Shown in pieces: positions 9,347 through 19,831 of a DNA stretch of 64,000 bases. A program made the position numbers and the translations under genes. Source of the stretch: Spirochaetia bacterium (GTDB lineage Bacteria > Spirochaetota > Spirochaetia > DSM-2461); the NCBI GenBank assembly GCA_963668315.1, contig OY764216.1, forward strand, positions 4,000,001 to 4,064,000, given 5' to 3'. The notes below the pieces were generated by a model, which was not told the DNA's origin, made no database searches, and was given only the letters and a program-made list of their open reading frames with translations. Each line of letters opens with the position of its first letter. The first letter of the stretch is position 1.

Positions 9347-11217
9347 TTCCCGGCCCCCATGCTTTGCCTTCTCAAGGCCAGAAGCTCTTCATTCCCCGAG
9401 AGGTAAAAGGCCAGACTTTGAATCCAGGCGCTGTTGCCCATGCTTCTGTCGGCCAGGGCCATCATATCGGACAGGGATTCGTCTCCCGAAAGGACAATAA
9501 GTGTTCCCTTTCCCAGGGGAAGGGCCAGACAAGTCGTATAGGAAGCCCTGCCCCCCACGGGACTTTCATTCAGAGTCGCCGGTGAGATATCGGCAAGGGG
9601 TCCGGCAAGCATGGCACGGTCCGTTGATTCGATCCGCCAGAAAGGGTCACCCTCTCCGGTATAGTAAAGGGGCACGCTCCAAAGGGCCGTGTAATCAAAA
9701 AGGCTCCGGTTATCCGTATTGAACCAGAGGGGGTAAAAATCGGGCGGACCATCCTGGGAGGAAGCAAGATAGAGCCCCCTGGCGGGATCAATGATAAAGG
9801 ACTCCCCCCCGTATACGCCGATCTGCGACAGTTCCGTAAGAAGAGGTTCTTCCCCGTCGGGAACGATCATATCCGTTCTGGCCGGATCAAGGATAAAGGG
9901 GGAGAGGGTGACAAGTACGCTTCCCCCTTCCCGGGCAAAATCCATAATACGGGAGACTTCCCAGGCGGAAAGGTCACGTCCTCCCAGTACAAAAAGCGCC
10001 TCGGGCCGTTCCGTTTCCAGAATATCCGCCTGTCCGGTAAAGTCCCTCAGGGTAAAATACTCTTCCAGGGCGCCGTTCAGTACGGTCCAGGAGTTCTGCT
10101 CTGTTCTGTCCGATCGGCCCCGGATGATTCCTGCGGCGGGTCTCTTCCCATCGCGAAGTCTCTGAAGGGCGGCAAGGAGCTGTTCTTCGGCGATGAGAGG
10201 ATTATACACAAGGGGGAGCGTTTCGATCTTCCCCCGGTATTCCACTTCCAGAACAGAATAGAAAGATTCGTATTCTCCCCGGTTGTCCAGAGTCTGAACC
10301 GACCAGCCGTACTCCCGGCCCCTCTCTTCAATCTCGTTGCCGCTCAGCCGTTCCCGATGGAAATGAACGGACAGCCCCCCCTTAAGCCTCAGGGAGAAAA
10401 GAAAAGCCTCAAGCCCGCCCAGCCCGTCGCCGTAAAGCCGGTAGTTGTCCGTTCTGTACCAGCGGATATAGAGGGGATCGTCCAAGGAACGGATAGCCCG
10501 GGCGGTCACACGATTCAGGCGGAATTGACCGGAAAGGGTCATATCCATCCCTCCGGGAAGAAAGGAGAATCCTGCCAGCAGCAGGAAAAAGGGAATCAGT
10601 CGGAGGGTTTTTCCCTTCCTGCCCGGCGCTTCCCGTTTCCAGGCAAGGGCCGTATGGGCCCCTTCCAGAAGGAAAAGGAGAGTTCCGGGAAAAAGAAAAA
10701 GAACCGCGTAAGGAAGATATCCTTCGAAAAGGGGATCGGTCCAACGGGGCAGGAAGGGGGACAGGAAATTCAGGGGAAGCAGTATCAGATAGGTAAGGAA
10801 CCATGCCACGGCGGTACGGGAGCACAGTGCCGAGACGGCCAGCCCCAGGGCCGCTGCAAATAGGATTTCCCCTCCGAAGAGGGGAATGGCGAATAGGATC
10901 TTTCCCCCATCCTCACCGCCGGCGGCGAGAAGAAGGGACATAACAAATAGGGGGAGGATGAAGAAGCTTCCCAGGGAGAGACTCCCGCTTCTAAGCAGAC
11001 CATGAAGAAGCCTTCTGTCCGAAAGGGGGCCGGTGAGAAGCAGAAGATCCGTTCCGGCCGCCGCCTCGCCCGCCAGAAGGGGCACCGTAAAGAAAGGCGT
11101 CAGCAGGATGACGGCCAGCCAGAGAAGCGGATAGTACAGCCCTGGATTTCCAGAGAGAAAAGGGGGAAGGAGAAACAGGAGCAATGGCAGGGAGAGGAGG
11201 ATTTTTTTCCTAATCAC
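9343..11217 (-). CDS. ABC-2 permease fused to a GldG-like auxiliary domain
   Basis: N-terminal multi-TM region (E..AGTDLLLLTGPLS), then DMTLSGQFRLNRVT...LDDPLYI and a GldG-like periplasmic domain (IMDFAREGGSVLV). Confidence 0.7.
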   Translation of the reverse strand: MIRKKILLSLPLLLFLLPPFLSGNPGLYYPLLWLAVILLTPFFTVPLLAGEAAAGTDLLLLTGPLSDRRLLHGLLRSGSLSLGSFFILPLFVMSLLLAAGGEDGGKILFAIPLFGGEILFAAALGLAVSALCSRTAVAWFLTYLILLPLNFLSPFLPRWTDPLFEGYLPYAVLFLFPGTLLFLLEGAHTALAWKREAPGRKGKTLRLIPFFLLLAGFSFLPGGMDMTLSGQFRLNRVTARAIRSLDDPLYIRWYRTDNYRLYGDGLGGLEAFLFSLRLKGGLSVHFHRERLSGNEIEERGREYGWSVQTLDNRGEYESFYSVLEVEYRGKIETLPLVYNPLIAEEQLLAALQRLRDGKRPAAGIIRGRSDRTEQNSWTVLNGALEEYFTLRDFTGQADILETERPEALFVLGGRDLSAWEVSRIMDFAREGGSVLVTLSPFILDPARTDMIVPDGEEPLLTELSQIGVYGGESFIIDPARGLYLASSQDGPPDFYPLWFNTDNRSLFDYTALWSVPLYYTGEGDPFWRIESTDRAMLAGPLADISPATLNESPVGGRASYTTCLALPLGKGTLIVLSGDESLSDMMALADRSMGNSAWIQSLAFYLSGNEELLALRRQSMGAGK

Positions 11218-11932
11218 GGGATGTTCCCTCCCCTATCATGGTGCTGTACAGGTCATCCAGATTTTCCCAGCTCTTAAAATCCTTCATCTCCAGTTCGGCC
11301 CTCACCTCACCCTTCTCGAGAATGATGAGGGAGTCGCACAGGGCGTATATTTCCTGCAGGATATGGGAGGAAAAGAGGGTGATTCTCCCCTTACTCTCCT
11401 CACGGATCAGCTTCCTGAGCTTACGGATAACAGAGGGATCGAGCCCTGAAAAAGGTTCGTCCAGAAGCAGGAGCGGAGGATTCATCATGGACGCGAGGGC
11501 CAGTCCCGTTCTCTGCCGGTAACCGCGGGACAGGGTTTTAATTTTCTTGTCCCCCTCCTCTCCGCTCAGGCCGTGACGGTCCAGAACTCTTTCCAGCTGC
11601 TCGTCCATCGGATCAAGGCCGGCATAAAGGGCATAACAGGATGAAAGCAGCTGCCGGGGAGTCTTTCTCAGCGGGAGAGGAGCTCCCTCGGGAAGGAACC
11701 CGGTCATCCGTCGGAACTCCTCGGGCGATCCGACAAGGGACGTCTCTCCCAGAAAAGCCTCGCCCCGGGAAGGGAAAAAATATCCGGAGAGTATTTTCAA
11801 CAGGGTGCTTTTTCCCGCCCCGTTAGCTCCCAGCAGACCGGTGATTTTCCCTGTCTCCAGCGTAAAATTGACATGGGAGAGCGCCTTTCTGGACGAATAG
11901 GATTTACAGACATCCTGTACTTTTAAAACCAT
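11210..11932 (-). CDS. ABC transporter ATP-binding protein (GldA-like)
   Basis: Walker A GANGAGKST, LSRGYRQR signature, LLLDEP Walker B, SSH. ATG overlaps the rnz stop (TAATG). Confidence 0.92.
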   Translation of the reverse strand: MVLKVQDVCKSYSSRKALSHVNFTLETGKITGLLGANGAGKSTLLKILSGYFFPSRGEAFLGETSLVGSPEEFRRMTGFLPEGAPLPLRKTPRQLLSSCYALYAGLDPMDEQLERVLDRHGLSGEEGDKKIKTLSRGYRQRTGLALASMMNPPLLLLDEPFSGLDPSVIRKLRKLIREESKGRITLFSSHILQEIYALCDSLIILEKGEVRAELEMKDFKSWENLDDLYSTMIGEGTSRD

Positions 11933-12864
11933 TAATCCTCGTTGGGTATGGAGATATCCATCTGATCGCGGCAAAGGAACGTATCGGGAAAAACCCGTAC
12001 GGCCTCTTCCTTCAGAACGGCCAGCTCCCTGTTGGTATAACGGGGTGAAAAATGGATAAGTCCCATTTTTTTGACACCCCCCGCTTCCTTGGCGATTCTG
12101 CCCGCCTGTTCCGCCGTCAAATGCCGTTTTTCCCGGGCCGATTCGGCCAGGGAGGAATCAAACATGGCTTCACAAATAAGGAGGTCCGATCCTTTGACAT
12201 AGGCGGGAATGGAATCGTGATAGCTGGTATCGGTTACAAAGGAAAATTTTCGTCCCCTCCGCGCCTCACCCATGACCTGAACGGGCTTAACCGTTGTCCC
12301 GTCCTCGAGATGAACATCCTGCCCCTTCTGCAGCTGGGACCAGAGAGGCCCCACGGGAACGCCCAGTTCCCGGGCTTTCTCGGGAAAGAAAATCCCCGGC
12401 CTGTCATCCTCTTCCAGAGTATAGCCCACGCAGACCCGAGAGTGTCTGAGGGGAAAGCTCTTAACCCGGTAACCCTCCCCTTCGTAAACGACCTGCTCCC
12501 TGTGGGGCTCTTCGATCTCCTTGATCACGATCTCGTAATTAATGAACATCTCAAGGGCCCGTCTGTTCACTTCCACATATTCGGCGATACGGGGAGGTCC
12601 GATGATGGTCAGGGGCTCATCCCTCTCCACCTGGGATGTCAGCATGAGAAGCCCGGGCAGGCCGGTGACATGATCCGCATGGGTATGGGAAATAAATATG
12701 GTGGAAATTTTCTTCCACTTTAAATTCAGTTTTTTCAAAGATACCTGGGTTGCTTCTCCGCAATCGAAAAGAAACAGTTCCCCTTCCCTTCTCAATAGAA
12801 CGGAAGTCAGATGACGACCCGGCAGGGGCATCATCCCGCCTGATCCCAGTATAAAAGTTTCCAT
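11932..12864 (-). CDS. rnz: Ribonuclease Z
   Basis: FDCGEATQ, HTHADHVTGLPG metallo-beta-lactamase motif, flexible arm GVPVGPLW, HFSPRY. Confidence 0.95.
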   Translation of the reverse strand: METFILGSGGMMPLPGRHLTSVLLRREGELFLFDCGEATQVSLKKLNLKWKKISTIFISHTHADHVTGLPGLLMLTSQVERDEPLTIIGPPRIAEYVEVNRRALEMFINYEIVIKEIEEPHREQVVYEGEGYRVKSFPLRHSRVCVGYTLEEDDRPGIFFPEKARELGVPVGPLWSQLQKGQDVHLEDGTTVKPVQVMGEARRGRKFSFVTDTSYHDSIPAYVKGSDLLICEAMFDSSLAESAREKRHLTAEQAGRIAKEAGGVKKMGLIHFSPRYTNRELAVLKEEAVRVFPDTFLCRDQMDISIPNED

Positions 12865-13029
12865 AGGCAGGTATGATAACAAATTTGCCGGTGATTTTCC
12901 AGAGATTTGCCCATATCTTACGGGCTAATGCTGGAAAGTCGGGCCGATTTGGACTATTCTAGTTAGAATGATTAGATGGCAGGTCCCTGTGGGGGGCCTG
13001 AAAAACTTAAAAACAGGAGTACATTTCAT

Positions 13030-13728
13030 TTGAAAAAAGCTTTACTTGTTTTGACAGCGTCACTGGCGCTCTTTTCCTGTTCCGTTAAAGGCGGACTGAC
13101 TCTGGACAGTCAGGGTGCCGGCACCATGGATATGGATTTTACCCTCCTTCCCTTTTTCGGGGATTTCTTTTTCGATCTGGTTGATGAAGATCTTCTTCTG
13201 GCCGATACGGACCGGGGGCTGGCAGAAAACAAGGGAATTACCGATCACACCCTGAGCAGAGAGGATTACCGCTACAGCGGAAAAATCAGCTTTAGCAATT
13301 TTGAAGATGTTGTCGCCGGCGAAGACGGCGAGGAACAGACCATATTCACCATGGAAACCGTCGGCGGGCAAACCACCCTTAGAATAACCTTCACAAGGGA
13401 CAACTGGGATCAGATGTCCGTTCTCGTACCCGTTTTTTCCGATCCTACCGTAGCCATGCTCGGCCCCAGCGGCAGCATAGGACTCAGCGAAGAGGAGTAC
13501 CGGGAAATGGTCATCTATCCCTTCGAAGGGTACGCTTCCTCCACGGAAGAAGCCTCCCGCGCTCTGGACAGCTCCTCTCTGGTGTTTACGGTCAATGTGC
13601 CGGGGCCTATCATCGGCCAGCAGGGCGGAGAGGTTTCCGGCAGAAGCGTCACCTTCCGCATTCCCCTGATACGAATGCTCATGCTCGATGAAGAGCTGTC
13701 CTATTCCGTCACCTACAGACAGGAGTAG
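13030..13728 (+). CDS. Hypothetical lipoprotein
   Basis: TTG start after AGGAG; signal peptide with lipobox-like LALFSC; C-terminal VNVPGPII..GG....VTFRIPL. Confidence 0.65.
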   Translation: MKKALLVLTASLALFSCSVKGGLTLDSQGAGTMDMDFTLLPFFGDFFFDLVDEDLLLADTDRGLAENKGITDHTLSREDYRYSGKISFSNFEDVVAGEDGEEQTIFTMETVGGQTTLRITFTRDNWDQMSVLVPVFSDPTVAMLGPSGSIGLSEEEYREMVIYPFEGYASSTEEASRALDSSSLVFTVNVPGPIIGQQGGEVSGRSVTFRIPLIRMLMLDEELSYSVTYRQE

Positions 13729-13731
13729 AAT

Positions 13732-14775
13732 ATGAAAAAAGTAGCGATTATCGGCGCCGGGGCTTTCGGAACCGCCATTGCCGTGGTTCTGGGGAAAAAG
13801 GGCCATTCCATTTCCCTCTGGAGCCACAATGCCGAAGCGGCCCGGCAAATTAATGAAAAAAGAACCAATGATATTTTTCTTCCTGGAGTTCAGCTCCCCG
13901 AGACGGTAAAGGCATTCACCGGTCTGGAAGAGACCATGGCGGGGGCCGAATATATGATTCTGGCGACCCCTTCCCTTTTTACCGTTCAAACCATGAAGCA
14001 GCTTCTTACCTACCCTTCCATTCTGGAAGGGGAAGTAAAGATAGCCACCATTGCCAAAGGTTTTCTGCCCGGGAAGAACGGTCCGCAGCTTATCGTCGAC
14101 GCGCTGGAGAATTACCTGCCGGGAAGCTATAAGGGAAATCTGGTCTACATTTCGGGCCCCAGCCATGCCGAAGAGGTGGGAAGAGGAAAAATCACCGGAC
14201 TGATCAGTGCCTCGCTCAACGCCAATAATTCCATTCTTTTCAGAGAGCTGCTGGCAGGGGAAAGCATTAAAATCTTCTCTTCCCTGGATGTGGTGGGAGT
14301 CCAGACCTGCGCCGCGATAAAAAACGTGGTGGCCATAGCCTTCGGAATTCTCGACGCCATGAAAGAACAGGATGTGGAACTGGTGGGAGACAATACGGAA
14401 TCCCTCCTTTTCGCCGCCGGGCTCAACGAGATTCAGACCCTGGGAAGGGCTTTAGGCTCCACCCATCCGGAAACCTTTACTTCCATAGCCGGCGTGGGAG
14501 ACCTGGATGTTACCTGCCGTTCCGTCTACGGCAGAAACCGCCGTTTCGGAAGGGAGATCATCCTCAAGGATATCACGGCCAAGTACAAGGGGATTGATGA
14601 TCTTATCGAAAACATAAGCGATATTCCCTACCTGCCCGAAGGTGTTTTCGCCGCCCGCTATGCCATGGAACTGATAGATAAGCATAATCTCAAGCTCCCT
14701 CTCATTTCCAATGTCTACCGCATTCTCAACAAGGAAGCGGATCGGGATTTAATGAAAACCCTCTTTTCCATCTGA
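13732..14775 (+). CDS. gpsA: NAD(P)H-dependent glycerol-3-phosphate dehydrogenase
   Basis: GAGAFGTA, ISGPSHAEEV, KNVVAIAFG, AGVGDLDVTC.S..GRNR motifs. Confidence 0.95.
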   Translation: MKKVAIIGAGAFGTAIAVVLGKKGHSISLWSHNAEAARQINEKRTNDIFLPGVQLPETVKAFTGLEETMAGAEYMILATPSLFTVQTMKQLLTYPSILEGEVKIATIAKGFLPGKNGPQLIVDALENYLPGSYKGNLVYISGPSHAEEVGRGKITGLISASLNANNSILFRELLAGESIKIFSSLDVVGVQTCAAIKNVVAIAFGILDAMKEQDVELVGDNTESLLFAAGLNEIQTLGRALGSTHPETFTSIAGVGDLDVTCRSVYGRNRRFGREIILKDITAKYKGIDDLIENISDIPYLPEGVFAARYAMELIDKHNLKLPLISNVYRILNKEADRDLMKTLFSI

Positions 14776-14781
14776 GGCCGT

Positions 14782-17700
14782 TCAAAGGAGATAGGGCACG
14801 ATGTCATCGAATAGGATATCGAGCCCTTCATCCCAGACAGGTCCCTCGGGCATGAGCATTTCCCGATAGGGACAGTTCTTCAAATCAAAATACCCCTGAT
14901 CCCGGGTAAGGGCTTTCTTCCATAAATAGGGCCATTCCCGGGGCAGATTACTCCTTTCCAGTTTGCCCTTGTCCATCAGTTCCGCCGCTTCGTCTATCAG
15001 AGAAGGATAGAAGGGCAGAGGCCGAGTCAGATTTCTCAGATAAAGATCGGTCAGTTTGGCCAGTATCTTCTCCGGTTCCGGGACGGGCTGGAAGTATTCT
15101 CCCCGCTGAGCCGTCTGAGAGGTCCATCCCGCCAGTCGGCTGAAACCGGAACCGGCCAGCAGGACCTGTCTCCCGTAATATCCGTGTCCCTCCCGCTGAA
15201 CGAGAAAAAGATGACTGAGGAAGGGGGCGAAAAGATCTTTCGTCTTCTCCTTTTTCCCGTAGCAGTAACGGGCCGAGCCCAGAATTTCACCGCCGTATAG
15301 GGGCTCCGTTTCCCCGGTCAGCGAGACAGGCCCGCGGCGGCTCTCCGTTTCGACCGCTCTCAGGTAGCGGGTATGTCCGGCCGTTTCCTCTATCACATCG
15401 TTCAGAAACCGTCTTTCCCGGGGAACTCCCCCTTCCCACAGGGCGCGGTCGATACCGTTGAGCCCCCCGAGAAGAGATTCTCCCGAGTTCAAAAGCTGTC
15501 GGAAAGAGGGCCTATCCCACCCGGAACCGGACAGATGGCCGGTCTTGACGGAATGGCTCCACCACTCCTGCGCCAGAGAATCAAGACTCTCCGGGGCAAG
15601 AGGTCCGGTATCGCACCATCGCCCGATGATCTCTTCATAAAAGCGGACATCCTCGAAGGGAGCCGGATCCACCGGATCAAGAATCTCCCCATCCTCGTCT
15701 ATGTCCTCCCTATGGAAGATACGCAGGGATTTTCTTCCGAAGGAACCGAGAGGATTACGGAAAAAATTAATCAGGTCCCTCATATCAATCTCTTCGGGAC
15801 TTTCCCTTTCGGGCAGCACGGTGACGGTTCCGTCCACTCCCCTCGCCCCCTTGTCCCGCAGAACACGGGCCTGCTCATAGGCGGTCAGATCAAAGGAGGG
15901 AAGAACACGGCTTCCTTCGAAGCGGGAGGAATCATAGGGTTGAAGGGGCAAGGGAATATAAAGGTCTTCTCCGGATTGCCCGAAGCTCTCTTTATGCTTT
16001 TCAACGATATCTGAGAGCTCTGTTATCACCGGAGAGGGGTGGAGCGTTTCACCCGAGACATGACTCCTCCCCGTATAAAAAACCCAGAACTTCTCCCGGG
16101 CCGAAAGGAAGGCCTCGAGATAGGAAAAGCGGTCCCCCGCCCGGCGGGAAAGGTCAACGGAAGGTCGGGCCAGTTCGGTCAGGTCAAAGCTGAATTCCTC
16201 GTCACTGCCGGGGAAACGCCCGTAGTCCATGCCCAGAAGGATCACGACTCTGAAGGGGACCGCCCGGAGGGGCTTCAAAGAGGAACAGCTGATTCCCCTG
16301 GTCAGATAGCCCCCCTTCCGGAGTCCCGTCTTTCCTATCAGTTCCAGAACGAGGCTGCGGTAGACGTTCCAGGGCATGCGGGGATCGGGCAGAGAGGACA
16401 GATAATCCAGCCCCTCCATCACATTATTGATATTCCGGAATACGGCCTTTATCCGTTCTCTGTCCCCCTCATCACCCCGGTTATCCGGTCTCACGGCGAG
16501 ATATTTCTCCATGAGCTGCTCTATCCGGGGTATCCACTTTTCCAGGGGGGCCTTCTGCCTGTTCAATCCGTAAAAATCCTGATAAAGGGACCGGACGATA
16601 TGGATGAGTTTGCCCACGGAGATATTGCGGCTCTCATCGGGAAAGACATAGGGGAGATTATCCTTGTCTCCGGCGCTCTCATAAACCATGCCGTCCAGAA
16701 GCCTCCCGAATCCCCTCTCCCAGCGGTTGTTCTCCCGGGGCGGCAGGTCCATGCTGGACAGATGCTCCCCGTCCATGCCCCAGAGGATTCCCGTATCCCG
16801 GCAGATTTCCTGCCAGTCCCTGATCTCCCCTTCACCGATGGAAAAGGCCTGGGCGAAGCAGGGATTTCGGAACAGGCGGAACATATCGTTCCGGGAGAAT
16901 CTCCCTCCCGGCAGTTCCAGAAGGGAGAGAAAGGCATCGGTATAGGCCGATTGGGACTGATTTTTCAGATCGATGAAGTTATAGGGCAGCGTAAGGTTAT
17001 CATCCTGAAAGAGGGCCTCTATGAACGGGGCGAATTCATTGATATCCGGCGCCATGAGGGCTATATCGGTCAGCTGAAGGGTATCGTCATCCCGCAATAA
17101 TCCGATAATGGCATTGCGGGCCTCTTCCACCTGCCGCCAGGCGCCCGTACAGGAGAAGAATCTGACCGAGTCATCCTCGCCGGGAGGGGGGGCGAACAGA
17201 GACAGCTCCCGTTTACCGGGAAAGCGGTTTGTCCACAGGCTCTGCTGCAGATTTCCCAGAAGCGTATCGGGATAATCCATCTTCTCCCCCACGTCGGGAA
17301 CCATGTCCCGGGGAGGTTTCTCCTTGAAAAAGCCCGAAACGCCCTGAATAAGGGTTGTGAGCGGTTCCCACTCCTCCAGGGGATTCTCCTCAGAATCGGT
17401 AAGAAAAACCCGGGAAGGGGTGAAAAGATAATGCTCCACCTCCACATAGCGGGAGAGATAGGAGAAAAAGTTGAGTCCCGCATCCCCCAGGAAAGATGAT
17501 CCGAACAGAATAACCTTTCCCTGCGGGCCGGTGTAGGGGAGCTCTTTTTCCCGTATATAAACAAGAATACGGCTTAAGAGTATATAGGGAGCCTCGGGAC
17601 CGAACAACTCCTGCCAGAGAAGCCTCTGCCAGGTTTCATGGGCTTCGGCCGACCCTCCCAGCCCGATGGAGCGGCCTTCCTCCCAGGCGGCGGTCAGATC

Positions 17701-18138
17701 AAAGCAGTTCATGCCGTACCGGTAGAAGAGTCCCGCCAGGACATTGGCGATCTCGTATAAGCTCGTCTCGTCATCCAGAAAATCAAGGAGCAGGCGGTAA
17801 CGGCTGTCCCTCCTCTTTTTTATCTCCTCCAGCTTCTTATAGAGGATGATCTTCAGGTTGTCCATAAAGAGAACCGTCCTCGGTTCTGTTCCGTCCTGAC
17901 GCCAGGGATGGTCAAAATGGTCGGAAAACTGTCTGATGGCCTGTTCCGGATAGAGAGAGGTGAATCCGGCGCTGACTCCCTTCAGATCGGTCAGTCTGAG
18001 TTTCAGCCACTCCCCCATATTCCTGTTCTGAACGACAAACCAGAGGGGCGGTCCGAAAAGATCGGGATTAACGAAATGGTCCGCCCTCTCTTCAAGAAAA
18101 GCTTCAATGCGATTGCTCTGGTATAAACGGTATCCCAT
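14782..18138 (-). CDS. recC: Exodeoxyribonuclease V gamma subunit
   Basis: About 1118 aa; YQSNRIE, VVQNRNMGEWLK, DIALMAPDI..FAPFI, LKPLRAVPFRVVILLGM, DRFSYLEAFLSARE, FFRNP motifs. Start overlaps the upstream stop (TAATG). Confidence 0.88.
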   Translation of the reverse strand: MGYRLYQSNRIEAFLEERADHFVNPDLFGPPLWFVVQNRNMGEWLKLRLTDLKGVSAGFTSLYPEQAIRQFSDHFDHPWRQDGTEPRTVLFMDNLKIILYKKLEEIKKRRDSRYRLLLDFLDDETSLYEIANVLAGLFYRYGMNCFDLTAAWEEGRSIGLGGSAEAHETWQRLLWQELFGPEAPYILLSRILVYIREKELPYTGPQGKVILFGSSFLGDAGLNFFSYLSRYVEVEHYLFTPSRVFLTDSEENPLEEWEPLTTLIQGVSGFFKEKPPRDMVPDVGEKMDYPDTLLGNLQQSLWTNRFPGKRELSLFAPPPGEDDSVRFFSCTGAWRQVEEARNAIIGLLRDDDTLQLTDIALMAPDINEFAPFIEALFQDDNLTLPYNFIDLKNQSQSAYTDAFLSLLELPGGRFSRNDMFRLFRNPCFAQAFSIGEGEIRDWQEICRDTGILWGMDGEHLSSMDLPPRENNRWERGFGRLLDGMVYESAGDKDNLPYVFPDESRNISVGKLIHIVRSLYQDFYGLNRQKAPLEKWIPRIEQLMEKYLAVRPDNRGDEGDRERIKAVFRNINNVMEGLDYLSSLPDPRMPWNVYRSLVLELIGKTGLRKGGYLTRGISCSSLKPLRAVPFRVVILLGMDYGRFPGSDEEFSFDLTELARPSVDLSRRAGDRFSYLEAFLSAREKFWVFYTGRSHVSGETLHPSPVITELSDIVEKHKESFGQSGEDLYIPLPLQPYDSSRFEGSRVLPSFDLTAYEQARVLRDKGARGVDGTVTVLPERESPEEIDMRDLINFFRNPLGSFGRKSLRIFHREDIDEDGEILDPVDPAPFEDVRFYEEIIGRWCDTGPLAPESLDSLAQEWWSHSVKTGHLSGSGWDRPSFRQLLNSGESLLGGLNGIDRALWEGGVPRERRFLNDVIEETAGHTRYLRAVETESRRGPVSLTGETEPLYGGEILGSARYCYGKKEKTKDLFAPFLSHLFLVQREGHGYYGRQVLLAGSGFSRLAGWTSQTAQRGEYFQPVPEPEKILAKLTDLYLRNLTRPLPFYPSLIDEAAELMDKGKLERSNLPREWPYLWKKALTRDQGYFDLKNCPYREMLMPEGPVWDEGLDILFDDIVPYLL

Positions 18139-18860
18139 TATTTCTCCATATTCTCTATCAGTTCGGAAACGAGTACGAACTCGTACCCCATCTCCCTGAC
18201 CTGGGGTATCCACTCCGATAGAACCTCCCGGGTATGCAGGGAGCTACCGAAGTGGCTGAGTATGATATTGCCCGGCTGCAGGTGTTCCCAGAGCCATGCC
18301 AGCTGCGATTCCACCGTGTCCCTCTTGTTGTAACCCTTTGCATCGTTATCCCACAGAACGACCGTATACCCTTCGGAACGCACGACAGGGAGGGAGGGAA
18401 AGGGACCGTCCAGACGCCCGCCCGAAGGTCTGACGAGACGGGGGGCTTTCCCGGTGATTGCGTTCAAAGCCTCATCGGTTTTGTTCAGTTCCCTCCGCTG
18501 CTCTTCCTCCGGCAGGAAGGGCAGCAGACGGTGGCTGTAGCCGTGCCCGCAGATCTCAAACCCCATCCCGTTCATGCGGCGGATCCAATCGGCTCGGAAC
18601 CTGATAAGCTTTCCCGGAATGAAAACCGTACAGGGAACATGGTTTTCTTCCAGATAGTCGAGAAGATCATAGTCGGGGACCCAGCCGTCATCAATGGTAA
18701 GGGCGATTTTCTTGCTGTCCCTTCTCCCGTGATAGATAACGGAAAGCCCGTTGTCATCCCAGCGGTTCTGCCCGGTGTAATCCCCTTCATTTTCGCTGCA
18801 GAATCCGCTCAGCGGAATCAGGAACAGCAGGAAAAGCAGGGCATGAAACCTATTTCCCAT
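18138..18860 (-). CDS. Polysaccharide deacetylase (CE4/NodB), secreted
   Basis: IALTIDDG, GHGYSH, RPSGG, ILSH motifs; signal peptide. Confidence 0.88.
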   Translation of the reverse strand: MGNRFHALLFLLFLIPLSGFCSENEGDYTGQNRWDDNGLSVIYHGRRDSKKIALTIDDGWVPDYDLLDYLEENHVPCTVFIPGKLIRFRADWIRRMNGMGFEICGHGYSHRLLPFLPEEEQRRELNKTDEALNAITGKAPRLVRPSGGRLDGPFPSLPVVRSEGYTVVLWDNDAKGYNKRDTVESQLAWLWEHLQPGNIILSHFGSSLHTREVLSEWIPQVREMGYEFVLVSELIENMEK

Positions 18861-19824
18861 TTAAGGAGAGGAAAAACTCATACTGAATATCACCGGCGTC
18901 GGGATATCCTTCATGGCCGTAATCGGGATAGATAATCATATTCTTCTCGGCCTTGATATTGTTATAGGCGGCGAACTGCGTCGAGGGGGGACAAATATCG
19001 TCCAGAAGCCCCGTGACCATGAGAACCTCCCCCTTGATGCGCCGGGCCAGATGGTGCACATCGATATATCCCAGGTTCTTGAAAAAGGAATCGATTCTTT
19101 CATGGCGTGGATCAAATCTCCGCAGATATTCTTTGATGTCCTCGTAGGCTTTTACATCCAGATCCATCTCCCAGACACGCTGATAATCACAGAGAAAGGG
19201 ATACTGGCTGAAAACTTTTTTAATGCCCGGAGACAGAGCGGCCGCCACAAGAGCCAGAGCCCCCCCCTGGGACCCGCCGGCCGAACCCAGCCGGTTCTCG
19301 TCCACTTCGTCGAAGGAGGACACGATCTTCACAAGCTGGGCCGTATCAAGGAAGATGCGGCGGTAAAGAAGGTTTTCCGGACCGCCGTCTATGCCCCGGG
19401 TGATATGTCCGGACAGGGTATTGCCGGCTACGCCTCCCAGTTCTTCGCTCTTCCCTCCCTGGCCGCGGCAGTCCATGGCGCAGACGCAGAAGCCGGAAGC
19501 GGCATATGGAAGGTAATTGGTCCAGTCCCCGGAATGCCCCGAATAACCGTGCCAGAAAAAAAGAGTGGGCAACGGTTCGGCCGCGTTCTTTGGTCTGAGG
19601 TACTTGGCATACACCCGGGAACCGTCCAGGCCGGAAAAATAGAGATCAAGACATTCGGCCAGGGGGGACTGAAACCGGGCGGGCTTCAGTTCCAGCTGAG
19701 AGTCGAGCTGGTCTATCTGATTCAGACCCTTCTCCCAGTATTCGTCAAAATCTTTGGGCCGGGGATTGATACCGGTATATTTCTTTAGTTCCTTCAGAGG
19801 CATATCTAAAACGGGCATACGCAA
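18850..19824 (-). CDS. Acetylxylan esterase/cephalosporin-C deacetylase (CE7)
   Basis: DMPL.EL..Y, HGYSG, DCRGQGG, GGSQGG nucleophile motif, CPPSTQFA, YGHE. Confidence 0.92.
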   Translation of the reverse strand: MRMPVLDMPLKELKKYTGINPRPKDFDEYWEKGLNQIDQLDSQLELKPARFQSPLAECLDLYFSGLDGSRVYAKYLRPKNAAEPLPTLFFWHGYSGHSGDWTNYLPYAASGFCVCAMDCRGQGGKSEELGGVAGNTLSGHITRGIDGGPENLLYRRIFLDTAQLVKIVSSFDEVDENRLGSAGGSQGGALALVAAALSPGIKKVFSQYPFLCDYQRVWEMDLDVKAYEDIKEYLRRFDPRHERIDSFFKNLGYIDVHHLARRIKGEVLMVTGLLDDICPPSTQFAAYNNIKAEKNMIIYPDYGHEGYPDAGDIQYEFFLSLNGK

Positions 19825-19831
19825 CTTCCTC

